Of a stretch of DNA of 64,000 nucleotides, positions 56,934 to 64,000 are shown in pieces (the first letter of the stretch is position 1; every line of letters starts with the position of its first letter). This DNA is from Candidatus Nitrosopelagicus sp. (GTDB taxonomy: Archaea > Thermoproteota > Nitrososphaeria > Nitrososphaerales > Nitrosopumilaceae). Location: contig JAOMDR010000003.1 of assembly GCA_028345575.1 (NCBI GenBank), positions 8,777-72,776 of the forward strand, in the 5' to 3' direction. The notes under the pieces are model-generated. The model was not told the DNA's origin. It searched no databases and saw nothing but the letters and a program-made list of their open reading frames with translations. The translations under genes and the position numbers were made by a program.

Positions 56934-57588
56934 GATTGACAGCCCATTTTGAAGAATATTTCAACAAATTATTTCTCTCAGCATAGTCAAAGTCAAAAGT
57001 TTTGACTGATGATGTTTCATCTAACCATAGTCTTTCAAAATCTTTAATTTTTGTTTCTACTCTTGTTTTATCATTCCATGATGTGAATACATCGATAGTT
57101 TCAAAATTCTTACTTTTTCTAGCTAACATCACGCTTGAAGAGCCTGAAAAAACAACTGAATCTCCATTTGTATCTCTAAAAATCCCAACTTTTTCTGAAA
57201 ATGTTCCATCAATTTCTTCTGAACTTGGTATTCCAATTTTTAACATTAGATTCCCATCGTTAACTAATCTTCTAATTTGTTCTAATTTTACATCTCTGAT
57301 TAATTCTGGATTAAAATTTTTCCATTTATTTCCATTTTTTGAAAATAATTTTGTCATCACATTCAAATCTTTTATTCCAAACTGATGACCTGATATTAGT
57401 CTCATTCTTGCATTTGGTGTCGAATTGTGAAATCCTAGTGATAATGTAGTAAGTCCATTTAATGTTACATATTCAACAGCTCTATCATATTCAATACAAT
57501 TATTCAAACAAGGAATTAAGAAATCTGATACTATGTCATCTTCATCTGACCTGTATTGTTCTTTTAATTTTAATTTTCTAAGTTCCAT
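56926..57588 (-). CDS. Stand-alone PLD-like domain (as at the N-terminus of XPB/SSL2-type helicases), degenerate HKD
   Basis: Y.S..DD....F..P.L.....YDRA..Y, FSEKVGIFRD..G..V.FSGS, NFE.IDVF.SW, FE.LW; ATG 57588. Confidence 0.75.
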   Translation of the reverse strand: MELRKLKLKEQYRSDEDDIVSDFLIPCLNNCIEYDRAVEYVTLNGLTTLSLGFHNSTPNARMRLISGHQFGIKDLNVMTKLFSKNGNKWKNFNPELIRDVKLEQIRRLVNDGNLMLKIGIPSSEEIDGTFSEKVGIFRDTNGDSVVFSGSSSVMLARKSKNFETIDVFTSWNDKTRVETKIKDFERLWLDETSSVKTFDFDYAERNNLLKYSSKWAVNPN

Positions 57589-57632
57589 GATATTGTATCT
57601 ATTATTGAGATTTAAAATCTTGTTATGATGAA

Positions 57633-57707
57633 TGCTCCCATCGGGATTTGAACCCGAGTCACTGCCTTGAGAGGGCAATATGCTTGGCCGGACTACACTA
57701 TAGGAGC
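57633..57707 (-). tRNA. tRNA-Glu(CTC)
   Basis: GCTCCTA/TGGGAGC acceptor, loop CT-CTC-AA, GGTTCAAATCC T arm. Confidence 0.95.
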
Positions 57708-57837
57708 TGTTTTGACAAGAAATTTGTCATAATTAAACGAATCCGCATAATTTTTTATTTTAAAAAAATTTGAATTAACTATATTCCCAAAAAAGTTTTG
57801 AGTAATGAAAATAATTACATGTTGATGGAATATTATC

Positions 57838-58716
57838 ATGAACTTGGATGAAATTACAAAAATTATAGGATCAACTGAATCTCCAATTGCACTTGGTGTA
57901 TATGATTCTGATGATTTTGACGCCAATTGTGGTATACAGAATATAATTATATTTGATGGAAAAGATATCCCTGATGAAATTGTAACTCGTGAATCTAAGA
58001 CTTTAAAAATATCTCACGGAAGTCTATCTGAAACCAATTCTGAATATCTAATTCATTACGGAAATATCAAAATCATTCAAGATACACAATGGGAACTTAA
58101 GATGTTAGTATCTAAAGTACAGGAAAAGAAAAACATCTTATTTTCTACATCTGCAAAAAATGCTCTTGTTGAATCACAATTATCTTTATCAAAGGCAAAA
58201 AATGCTCTTGAACATGATGATCCATTTGTTTCGTGTTGGATAAAATCTGGTATAATTTCTCTTATTGATTCAATTCTTTTCCAAAATAATATTCTACCAA
58301 ATCCTGTTCATGCATTATCGTCAATGCGAGGTTTAAAACAAAAAAATACAAATCAATTTGTAGATAAAATTATCTCTGAAACCGGAATTGAAAGAGCAAC
58401 TTCTTCATTACTAGTTAGGATGTTAAAATCTACTTGTGGCTTTTCTGATATGATTGAAAAAAACCAAAACTCAATTATGATTGAAAAAAAAGCAAACTAT
58501 CTAATTCAAAACTCGTTGTTTGCTGATTGTTATCTGTATTTGATTTATCAGAATAGAAATAATTTTTATAAAATTAAGGACTCACTTAACAAAAATCCCG
58601 ATAAGATACATGTGCTAAAAACTGCATTTGATCTTACAACCACATCTTCAGATTTATCTGACACCATTGATTCTTTATCTGAAATTCCAAAATCATTACT
58701 ATCCAATTTTCACTAA
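57838..58716 (+). CDS. Hypothetical protein (possibly degenerate nucleotidyltransferase + helical domain)
   Basis: 292-aa ORF; N-terminal alpha/beta region, C-terminal helical region; product call is weak. Confidence 0.7.
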   Translation: MNLDEITKIIGSTESPIALGVYDSDDFDANCGIQNIIIFDGKDIPDEIVTRESKTLKISHGSLSETNSEYLIHYGNIKIIQDTQWELKMLVSKVQEKKNILFSTSAKNALVESQLSLSKAKNALEHDDPFVSCWIKSGIISLIDSILFQNNILPNPVHALSSMRGLKQKNTNQFVDKIISETGIERATSSLLVRMLKSTCGFSDMIEKNQNSIMIEKKANYLIQNSLFADCYLYLIYQNRNNFYKIKDSLNKNPDKIHVLKTAFDLTTTSSDLSDTIDSLSEIPKSLLSNFH

Positions 58717-58732
58717 CGCTGTTATGAAATCT

Positions 58733-58775
58733 GAAAAACCCTTAAAACTAAGTTTGGCACTAGGATGTCATGACA
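58733..58775 (+). promoter_or_regulatory. BRE/TATA promoter and palindromic sites of the metallothionein-like gene
   Basis: GAAAAA (58733-38), TTAAAA (58742-47) 23-28 nt before ATG; TGGCA-N6-TGTCA (58755-70) and perfect palindrome TGTCATGACA (58766-75). Confidence 0.6.
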
Positions 58776-58919
58776 GATCAAGCATGCGGATGCGAAGCAG
58801 ATACAGGCGATCCAGATTATGAATGTGATTGTGCAATGCAAGGGACTTGTCTCTGTGCTAATGATTGTACATGTAGCGTCGCAGTCTGTAAAGAAGCAGT
58901 ATCCCAACTAAATCCATAA
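58770..58919 (+). CDS. 49-aa Cys-rich metallothionein-like protein, missed by the ORF track
   Basis: MTDQACGCEADTGDPDYECDCAMQGTCLCANDCTCSVAVCKEAVSQLNP: 9 Cys, four CxC motifs, one aromatic residue; own promoter and T-rich terminator. Confidence 0.8.
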   Translation: MTDQACGCEADTGDPDYECDCAMQGTCLCANDCTCSVAVCKEAVSQLNP

Positions 58920-58930
58920 GAAAATAAAGT

Positions 58931-58960
58931 TATTTTCTCTTTTTTTATTTTATTTTATTA
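58931..58960 (+). terminator. Oligo-T terminator tract downstream of the metallothionein-like gene
   Basis: TATTTTCTCTTTTTTTATTTTATTTT just after the stop codon. Confidence 0.55.
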
Positions 58961-59008
58961 TTGTAAAATCTATCAAACATTAAATATACTCATAGCAGTC
59001 TGAACTTT

Positions 59009-60514
59009 GTGAGACTACCAATTATTGTAGCAGCATCTGTATTATTATTTTTAATACCTTTAGCATCTCAAGATTCATTTGCTCAAGTTAATTCAGGTGG
59101 ATTTCAAGCAGGTGGTGTAAACATTGATGGATCTTGGTATGTTGGTGAAGGTCTCAAAGTCGGCGACTATTATAGTTACAATTTGTGTCATGTTGATTAT
59201 TTAGATTGTTCAGATTTTGACATGGCAATGTGGGTTCAAGAAGAAGTACGTGTTGGAACTGAGGATAAATTTAGAATACAAGTTTTAGTTTATGATGGAA
59301 AGAAAATTGTTAAAGGACACATGGATGTTGGTCAAGTTGCTCCAGAACCTACTGGCGGAACTGAAGAAATTTCTTCATATCGAAGTGTTTACAAATCTTC
59401 TATTGTTTGGCTTTCTGCATTTGCAACAAAAGAAATAGATTCCGATGGAGTATACTTAACTGGAAAAGGCCCAAAAGATTTTAGAGCGGCATCATGGGGA
59501 AAGATTGGAAATATTGGCGGTCAACAAATCTTGCCTTCTGCTCAAGAAACTATTTCAGTTGGAGCTGGTCAATTTGATTCCATTCTACTTACTTGGAAGA
59601 CAGGTGGTCAACAAAGTAAAGTCTGGATTGTAGATGAATTTCCATTTCCTATTCAAGGTAAAACATTCATGCATGTTTCTCAAGGTATTCCACCAGTTGA
59701 ATATGATTTTGAATTGTTAGATTATAAGGAAAATGTATCTTCAAATCCTTTTGTTAATGTAGAAACTACTGCCGCAAAACAAGCAGCTGCAGGATGTCCA
59801 GAGGAATTTCTAAAAACAAAATTTAATGAGTCTACAAATACATTTTCAATGATTGTAAAAGGCGTTTATGGTCCAAAAATTGTGAAACAAGGATGTGAAA
59901 TTGAGATGTTTATTGATTTCAAACGAATGGTAAATCCTACTGAATTTGTAGACCAAGTACATTATGATATTGCAGTTTTCTCAGATCCTTCTAAACCTCC
60001 AATTCAAACAGTTTCTAAAGAAGAAGGAAGAGCCGAATTATACACCGCATCTGGGCAAACACACAGGTTTGTAATAGCAGAACAACCTCCAGGAAAATAC
60101 ACGTATGCAATAATTGTCTATGGTACCGGACCTGAGCATATTCTAGGTGGTAATCCTGACACTTCTGGATTAATGACATTTGATGTCGAAGTTGTAAAGG
60201 GCGGAAACACATCATTTGTAGCACCTCCTACTGCAACAATTACAGAAATTCCTCAATGGGTAAAAAGTAATGCTGAATGGTGGGCAGAGGGTCAGATACC
60301 TGATTCAGATTTTGTTAGTGGAATACAATATTTGATTAATCAAGGAATAATGAAAATTCCTGAAACTGCACAAGGTAGCGGTTCTGGTTCTGATGGAATA
60401 CCTGCATGGATAAAAGATATTGCAGAATTTTGGGCTGATGGTCAAATTGATGATAATACGTTCGTTGGTGGGATCCAATGGCTAATCTCCAATGGAATAA
60501 TGAAACTATCTTAG
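59009..60514 (+). CDS. Secreted cell-surface protein with two C-terminal IPxWxKxxAxWWxxGxI repeats
   Basis: Signal peptide; tandem ~37-aa C-terminal repeats typical of Nitrosopumilales surface proteins. Confidence 0.85.
   Translation: MRLPIIVAASVLLFLIPLASQDSFAQVNSGGFQAGGVNIDGSWYVGEGLKVGDYYSYNLCHVDYLDCSDFDMAMWVQEEVRVGTEDKFRIQVLVYDGKKIVKGHMDVGQVAPEPTGGTEEISSYRSVYKSSIVWLSAFATKEIDSDGVYLTGKGPKDFRAASWGKIGNIGGQQILPSAQETISVGAGQFDSILLTWKTGGQQSKVWIVDEFPFPIQGKTFMHVSQGIPPVEYDFELLDYKENVSSNPFVNVETTAAKQAAAGCPEEFLKTKFNESTNTFSMIVKGVYGPKIVKQGCEIEMFIDFKRMVNPTEFVDQVHYDIAVFSDPSKPPIQTVSKEEGRAELYTASGQTHRFVIAEQPPGKYTYAIIVYGTGPEHILGGNPDTSGLMTFDVEVVKGGNTSFVAPPTATITEIPQWVKSNAEWWAEGQIPDSDFVSGIQYLINQGIMKIPETAQGSGSGSDGIPAWIKDIAEFWADGQIDDNTFVGGIQWLISNGIMKLS
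60248..60511 (+). repeat. Two coding repeats (IPQWVKSNAEWWAEGQI... / IPAWIKDIAEFWADGQI...)
   Basis: Direct comparison of the two translated units, separated by a Gly/Ser linker. Confidence 0.85.
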
Positions 60515-60530
60515 TAAATGATGTGAAAAT

Positions 60531-60920
60531 ATGACCGGTCTTTTTAGTTATCCCAAACGAAAACTTCGAAAATTAATCGGTCAAGGAGAATATGAAAAAG
60601 CTATATCTTTTGGTAATGAATTAGAAGCAAAATTCTCAAAGGATCCTGATTTTTTATTCATTATGGGAAGTATGTACTACATGCTAAATGATGAAGAAAA
60701 GACACTTCATTATATCAATAGAGTATTGGAAATCAATCCCTATGATGTTGAAACGCTTTCCTTAAAATTACGTGTTCATCAATATTTGGCTGAAAAGGAA
60801 GATAATCAAGAATTAAAACAAAATGAACTTGATGTTGTAATTGATTGCTGTAGAAAAATTCTAGATGTTGCTCCAGATAACTTTGAAGTACGAGATCTTA
60901 TTACTGAACTAGAATCATAG
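60531..60920 (+). CDS. TPR-repeat protein
   Basis: G..YY.L......L.Y..RVLEINP and KILDV.PDN TPR-like units. Confidence 0.8.
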   Translation: MTGLFSYPKRKLRKLIGQGEYEKAISFGNELEAKFSKDPDFLFIMGSMYYMLNDEEKTLHYINRVLEINPYDVETLSLKLRVHQYLAEKEDNQELKQNELDVVIDCCRKILDVAPDNFEVRDLITELES

Positions 60921-61343
60921 ATTTTTTCTTGCATCAATTATCATTTTTTTATGATGTGCAGGAATCTTGGATGGTAATTTGTTAAAATAACGATATTCAT
61001 TTGACTGAAAATCTATCTCTATATTTTTTTTATTCTTGAATTTGACCAAAAATGCATTTGATATGTCGTGTCTGAATGAGACTATGCTTTCGTATATGCC
61101 TAATTCCTCTTTTATGATTATCTCTTTTCCCAATTCCTCTTTTGCGGCTCTTTTCACCGCATTTTTCCTTGTCTCATCACGTCGTATTATCGTCCCAGGT
61201 AAATGCCAGTAACCTTTGAATGGATTGATAGTTCGTTTTGTAAGTAAAACTGAACTGTCATCTCTAAAGATCAATAAATCTACACATGAAAATGTAAAAT
61301 ATTTTCTAAATTTTGTATAATCTGTTTCTGATGCACGTTTCAT
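60915..61343 (-). CDS. Nudix hydrolase
   Basis: VLL.KR...P.KG.W.LPG.....E....A..R...EELG. Confidence 0.88.
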   Translation of the reverse strand: MKRASETDYTKFRKYFTFSCVDLLIFRDDSSVLLTKRTINPFKGYWHLPGTIIRRDETRKNAVKRAAKEELGKEIIIKEELGIYESIVSFRHDISNAFLVKFKNKKNIEIDFQSNEYRYFNKLPSKIPAHHKKMIIDARKNL

Positions 61344-61831
61344 GATTTATCATGTTCTTTCATCAGATAGACATTCTCCAAAAGCCACTCACAAAATTCC
61401 GTCACTGGTTGAGTGAATTCATACCAAATATGCAATGAATGTGGAAGTATGTCAATTTTATCTTGTATGTTATTGTTAAAAATTATTCTTACTCCTTCTT
61501 TATCTTCATACATGTATGCATCTTCAGTTTTTATATCTCCTAACAATTCTATAGCTTTTTGTTTTATTATGCTTCTTTCAAAAGGAAAACGTTTCTTTTC
61601 CATATCTATAATCAAACTAAGATCCTGTTTTCCATACATTTCAAAATTATCTATTTTCCCTTCATGTGGAAAATTAACTAATAACTCAATATTGTATTTT
61701 TTACCAACATTTTTTCCAATTTCTCCAATTTCTTTATACGCCATACCTGGATTTTTTTTTAACAGAAAACGTATCTGTGGCAAATTTGATTTCAATGTTT
61801 TTTGTAAATCTTCTGTAATTGTCTTAAACAC
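61340..61831 (-). CDS. Hypothetical protein
   Basis: 163-aa ORF overlapping the Nudix start; GTG start. Confidence 0.72.
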   Translation of the reverse strand: MFKTITEDLQKTLKSNLPQIRFLLKKNPGMAYKEIGEIGKNVGKKYNIELLVNFPHEGKIDNFEMYGKQDLSLIIDMEKKRFPFERSIIKQKAIELLGDIKTEDAYMYEDKEGVRIIFNNNIQDKIDILPHSLHIWYEFTQPVTEFCEWLLENVYLMKEHDKS

Positions 61832-61880
61832 ATTTCATGTATAGATAATACCATATTTAGATTAGTTTTTTTACAACAAA

Positions 61881-62540
61881 ATGTCTGGAATGAACATGGC
61901 GATGCCTATGGATTATGACAGTATGCGAACAGGTGATGATTCTGAGAGAACTGACAATGTAACTGATTACAAAAGAACTTGTATTGACTTCATTGAAGAT
62001 ATCTCTGGAAGTTATTTGGAATGGGTTGATTATTACAAATTACCTGAGGACGAGGATAAAAAAAGACGAAGTGATATTTCTGCAATAATAGAAAAAACAA
62101 ACACTTGGCTTGCCAAAGTTCCTACATCTATCAAAGCTGTTGATGTTATTATGAATGATGGAATTCAAAAGATGGCTGAGGCTACTGCTGGAAAAATTTT
62201 CCAAATTGGTGTGTTCATTAACCAAAAATCTGAATATACAATGTCAAAACCAGGGATAATCGATGTACATATAAAATCTATTGGTAGGGATGGTAGGAAA
62301 ACTAAACTAGGATTTCATCATAAAGATGATAGATTCCGAATTGAATCAACCGGAAAAGTATTCTTTGATGAAACAAATATTCCTGAACAGGAATTTGATA
62401 CATTAGATGTACATCTAAAACTTGATGCTAGTAGATGTGTTCAAAGAGATGTTATTTCATTCACCGTTATAGTCAGTGAAATGAAAGATGGAAATGAATA
62501 TGATCGTAGAGGGTTATCTACTGTAGTTCATATAGTTTAA
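61881..62540 (+). CDS. Hypothetical protein with Met-rich N-terminus
   Basis: 219-aa ORF starting MSGMNMAMPMDYDSM. Confidence 0.75.
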   Translation: MSGMNMAMPMDYDSMRTGDDSERTDNVTDYKRTCIDFIEDISGSYLEWVDYYKLPEDEDKKRRSDISAIIEKTNTWLAKVPTSIKAVDVIMNDGIQKMAEATAGKIFQIGVFINQKSEYTMSKPGIIDVHIKSIGRDGRKTKLGFHHKDDRFRIESTGKVFFDETNIPEQEFDTLDVHLKLDASRCVQRDVISFTVIVSEMKDGNEYDRRGLSTVVHIV

Positions 62541-62866
62541 TCATTTTTTAATAATTTTATTTCTAACACGACTCTAGCTTCTTTTTGTCTACTTTCTTCT
62601 GTATACTTTAAATTTGAAATTTTCTGTGAAAGTTCTTCTTCTTGAACTAATCTTGCCACTCCTGAAAACTTGTTTCCATCAAATTCAACTTTTACTTGAG
62701 GATGTGCAATAGCATTTTTTAGCCAATCACTATTCGGATTTCGTCTAGAAAAGTAAATCATATCATTGTAAGTTACAGCTTTTGCCCAAACTGTATGCTC
62801 CTTACCTGTCTTCCTACCTTTAGTTTTTAGTATTGCCTTAAATGTTAAGTTATTAATTATTTTCAT
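62537..62866 (-). CDS. Deazaflavin (F420)-dependent split-barrel oxidoreductase (Ddn/PNPOx-like)
   Basis: L.T.GRKTG..H, SDW.KN..A.P.V.V, A..V......I...KY; ATG 62866. Confidence 0.8.
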   Translation of the reverse strand: MKIINNLTFKAILKTKGRKTGKEHTVWAKAVTYNDMIYFSRRNPNSDWLKNAIAHPQVKVEFDGNKFSGVARLVQEEELSQKISNLKYTEESRQKEARVVLEIKLLKND

Positions 62867-62868
62867 TT

Positions 62869-62955
62869 TTATCCAAATGCCATATATGCTGCAAACATTG
62901 CAAGAAGACATGAACCTCCTACGCCCATGACATACATGATTTTGTTTCCTTGCAT
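62869..62955 (-). CDS. 28-aa single-TM micropeptide, missed by the ORF track
   Basis: MQGNKIMYVMGVGGSCLLAMFAAYMAFG; TTTAAATA box 22-29 nt upstream; stop 2 nt before the next ATG. Confidence 0.6.
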   Translation of the reverse strand: MQGNKIMYVMGVGGSCLLAMFAAYMAFG

Positions 62956-63038
62956 AACTTAACTAATCATATAGAATATTTAAAATATGAAATGACTGTT
63001 TTAGCAAGCAAATTATATTCTTATTCTAAAAGTTAGTT

Positions 63039-64000
63039 ATGCATGCCATTGAAATTAACTCATTAACGAAAAATTTTAAAAAATCAACCGCGATTGATAA
63101 CATATCCCTTAATGTGGAAGAAGGTGAAATTTTTGGCTTTCTTGGTCCAAATGGTGCTGGAAAGAGTACTACGATGATGATTCTGACCACTTTATTGAAA
63201 CCTACTTCTGGTAATGCATCTGTATATGGATTTGATGTGGTAACAAATCCTTCTCAAGTACGTAAGAATATTGGATTTGTTCAACAAGAAATTGGCATTG
63301 ATGAATATTTGACCGCACGAGAAAATCTACAATTTCAATGTAAAATTAGCCAAATTCCCAAGGATCAAACTCAAAAACGAATTGAAGAGGTAATTGACTT
63401 GGTGGAATTAACTGAGAAACAAGATGAACAATCCATCACATTTTCTGGTGGAATGAGAAAAAGACTTGATATTGCATGTGGATTAATTCATAGACCAAAA
63501 GTTCTATTCTTAGATGAACCTACGGTTGGATTGGACATACAAACACGAAGAAAAATCTGGCAATACATACGAAAAATTCACAAAGAGTTTGGAATGACTA
63601 TCTTTGTTTCAACACATTACATGGAAGAAGCAGATAGTCTATGTGACAGAGTTGGTATTATAGATTATGGAAAAATCCAGATAGTTGATACTCCTGAATC
63701 AATGAAAAATAAATTAGAAACTGACATGATAACATTTTCTATAATCCCTGATGAAACAAAACAAGAACAATTTATTCAAAAAATCAAAGAGCTTGATCTA
63801 ATAAAAAATGTAGAAATTAATGATAACACCATGGTTGTTCAATCATCTAATTCAACTCAAGTAATACCAAAAATTTTCCAATCTTCATCTGAAATTGGAA
63901 TATCTATTGATTCATTTGTATTGAATAAACCAACCTTAGATGATGTTTTCATCTCACACACTGGTCACAATTTACGAGATGATACAAATGGAAAATTCAA
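63039..64000 (+). CDS. ABC transporter ATP-binding protein, DrrA-like exporter (3' truncated)
   Basis: Translated by hand: GFLGPNGAGKST Walker A, FSGGMRKRL signature, LFLDEPT.GLD, STHYMEEA; runs off the window end. Confidence 0.93.
   Translation, partial: MHAIEINSLTKNFKKSTAIDNISLNVEEGEIFGFLGPNGAGKSTTMMILTTLLKPTSGNASVYGFDVVTNPSQVRKNIGFVQQEIGIDEYLTARENLQFQCKISQIPKDQTQKRIEEVIDLVELTEKQDEQSITFSGGMRKRLDIACGLIHRPKVLFLDEPTVGLDIQTRRKIWQYIRKIHKEFGMTIFVSTHYMEEADSLCDRVGIIDYGKIQIVDTPESMKNKLETDMITFSIIPDETKQEQFIQKIKELDLIKNVEINDNTMVVQSSNSTQVIPKIFQSSSEIGISIDSFVLNKPTLDDVFISHTGHNLRDDTNGKF

Noticed and set aside
57589-57678. N-terminal extension of the PLD-like ORF (MPSQGSDSGSNPDG...)
   Set aside because: It is simply tRNA-Glu sequence read as codons; the plausible start is ATG 57588.
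52684-57707. tRNA genes as possible integration sites for an island or provirus
   Set aside because: No integrase, no duplicated tRNA 3' ends and no visible compositional shift; flanking genes are ordinary.
58628-58907. ORF-track calls 58628..58822 (+) and Cys-rich 58722..58907 (-)
   Set aside because: Alternative-frame and antisense shadows of the metallothionein-like ORF; only 58770..58919 has a correctly spaced promoter, an ATG and a terminator.
1-64000. CRISPR array, rRNA genes, IS elements
   Set aside because: No regularly spaced repeats, no long GC-rich structural RNA region and no transposase-like ORF were seen by eye; a repeat finder was not run.

Overview
AT-rich, gene-dense archaeal chromosome segment. 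Gene content (TFB, aIF2-beta/aIF1A/aIF5A, topoisomerase VI, exosome superoperon, SRP19/54, ScpAB, CofE, thaumarchaeal cell-surface proteins) points to a marine ammonia-oxidising archaeon (Nitrososphaerota, Nitrosopumilaceae-like); this is an inference from sequence features, not a database match. It is mostly core housekeeping DNA, with four tRNA genes (Tyr with intron, Ser, Gly, Glu) and no integrase, transposase or CRISPR array that I can see. The interesting signals lie in the short intergenic gaps that the ORF track misses: (i) a 49-aa, 9-Cys, CxC-repeat metallothionein-like gene with its own promoter, palindromic operator-like sites and terminator (58770-58919); (ii) two box C/D guide sRNAs (30830-30894 +, whose D-guide reads out C34 of a CAU-anticodon tRNA; 49915-49976 -); (iii) several microproteins (Cren7-like DUF5679 Zn ribbon, truncated Elf1-like Zn ribbon, C2H2-type 35-mer behind a palindromic operator, 28-aa Met-rich membrane peptide); (iv) a Urm1/SAMP-like ubiquitin domain fused to KEOPS Cgi121; (v) a probable ATT/ATA start for uppS; and (vi) enzymes with altered catalytic motifs (PLD-like, zincin-like).
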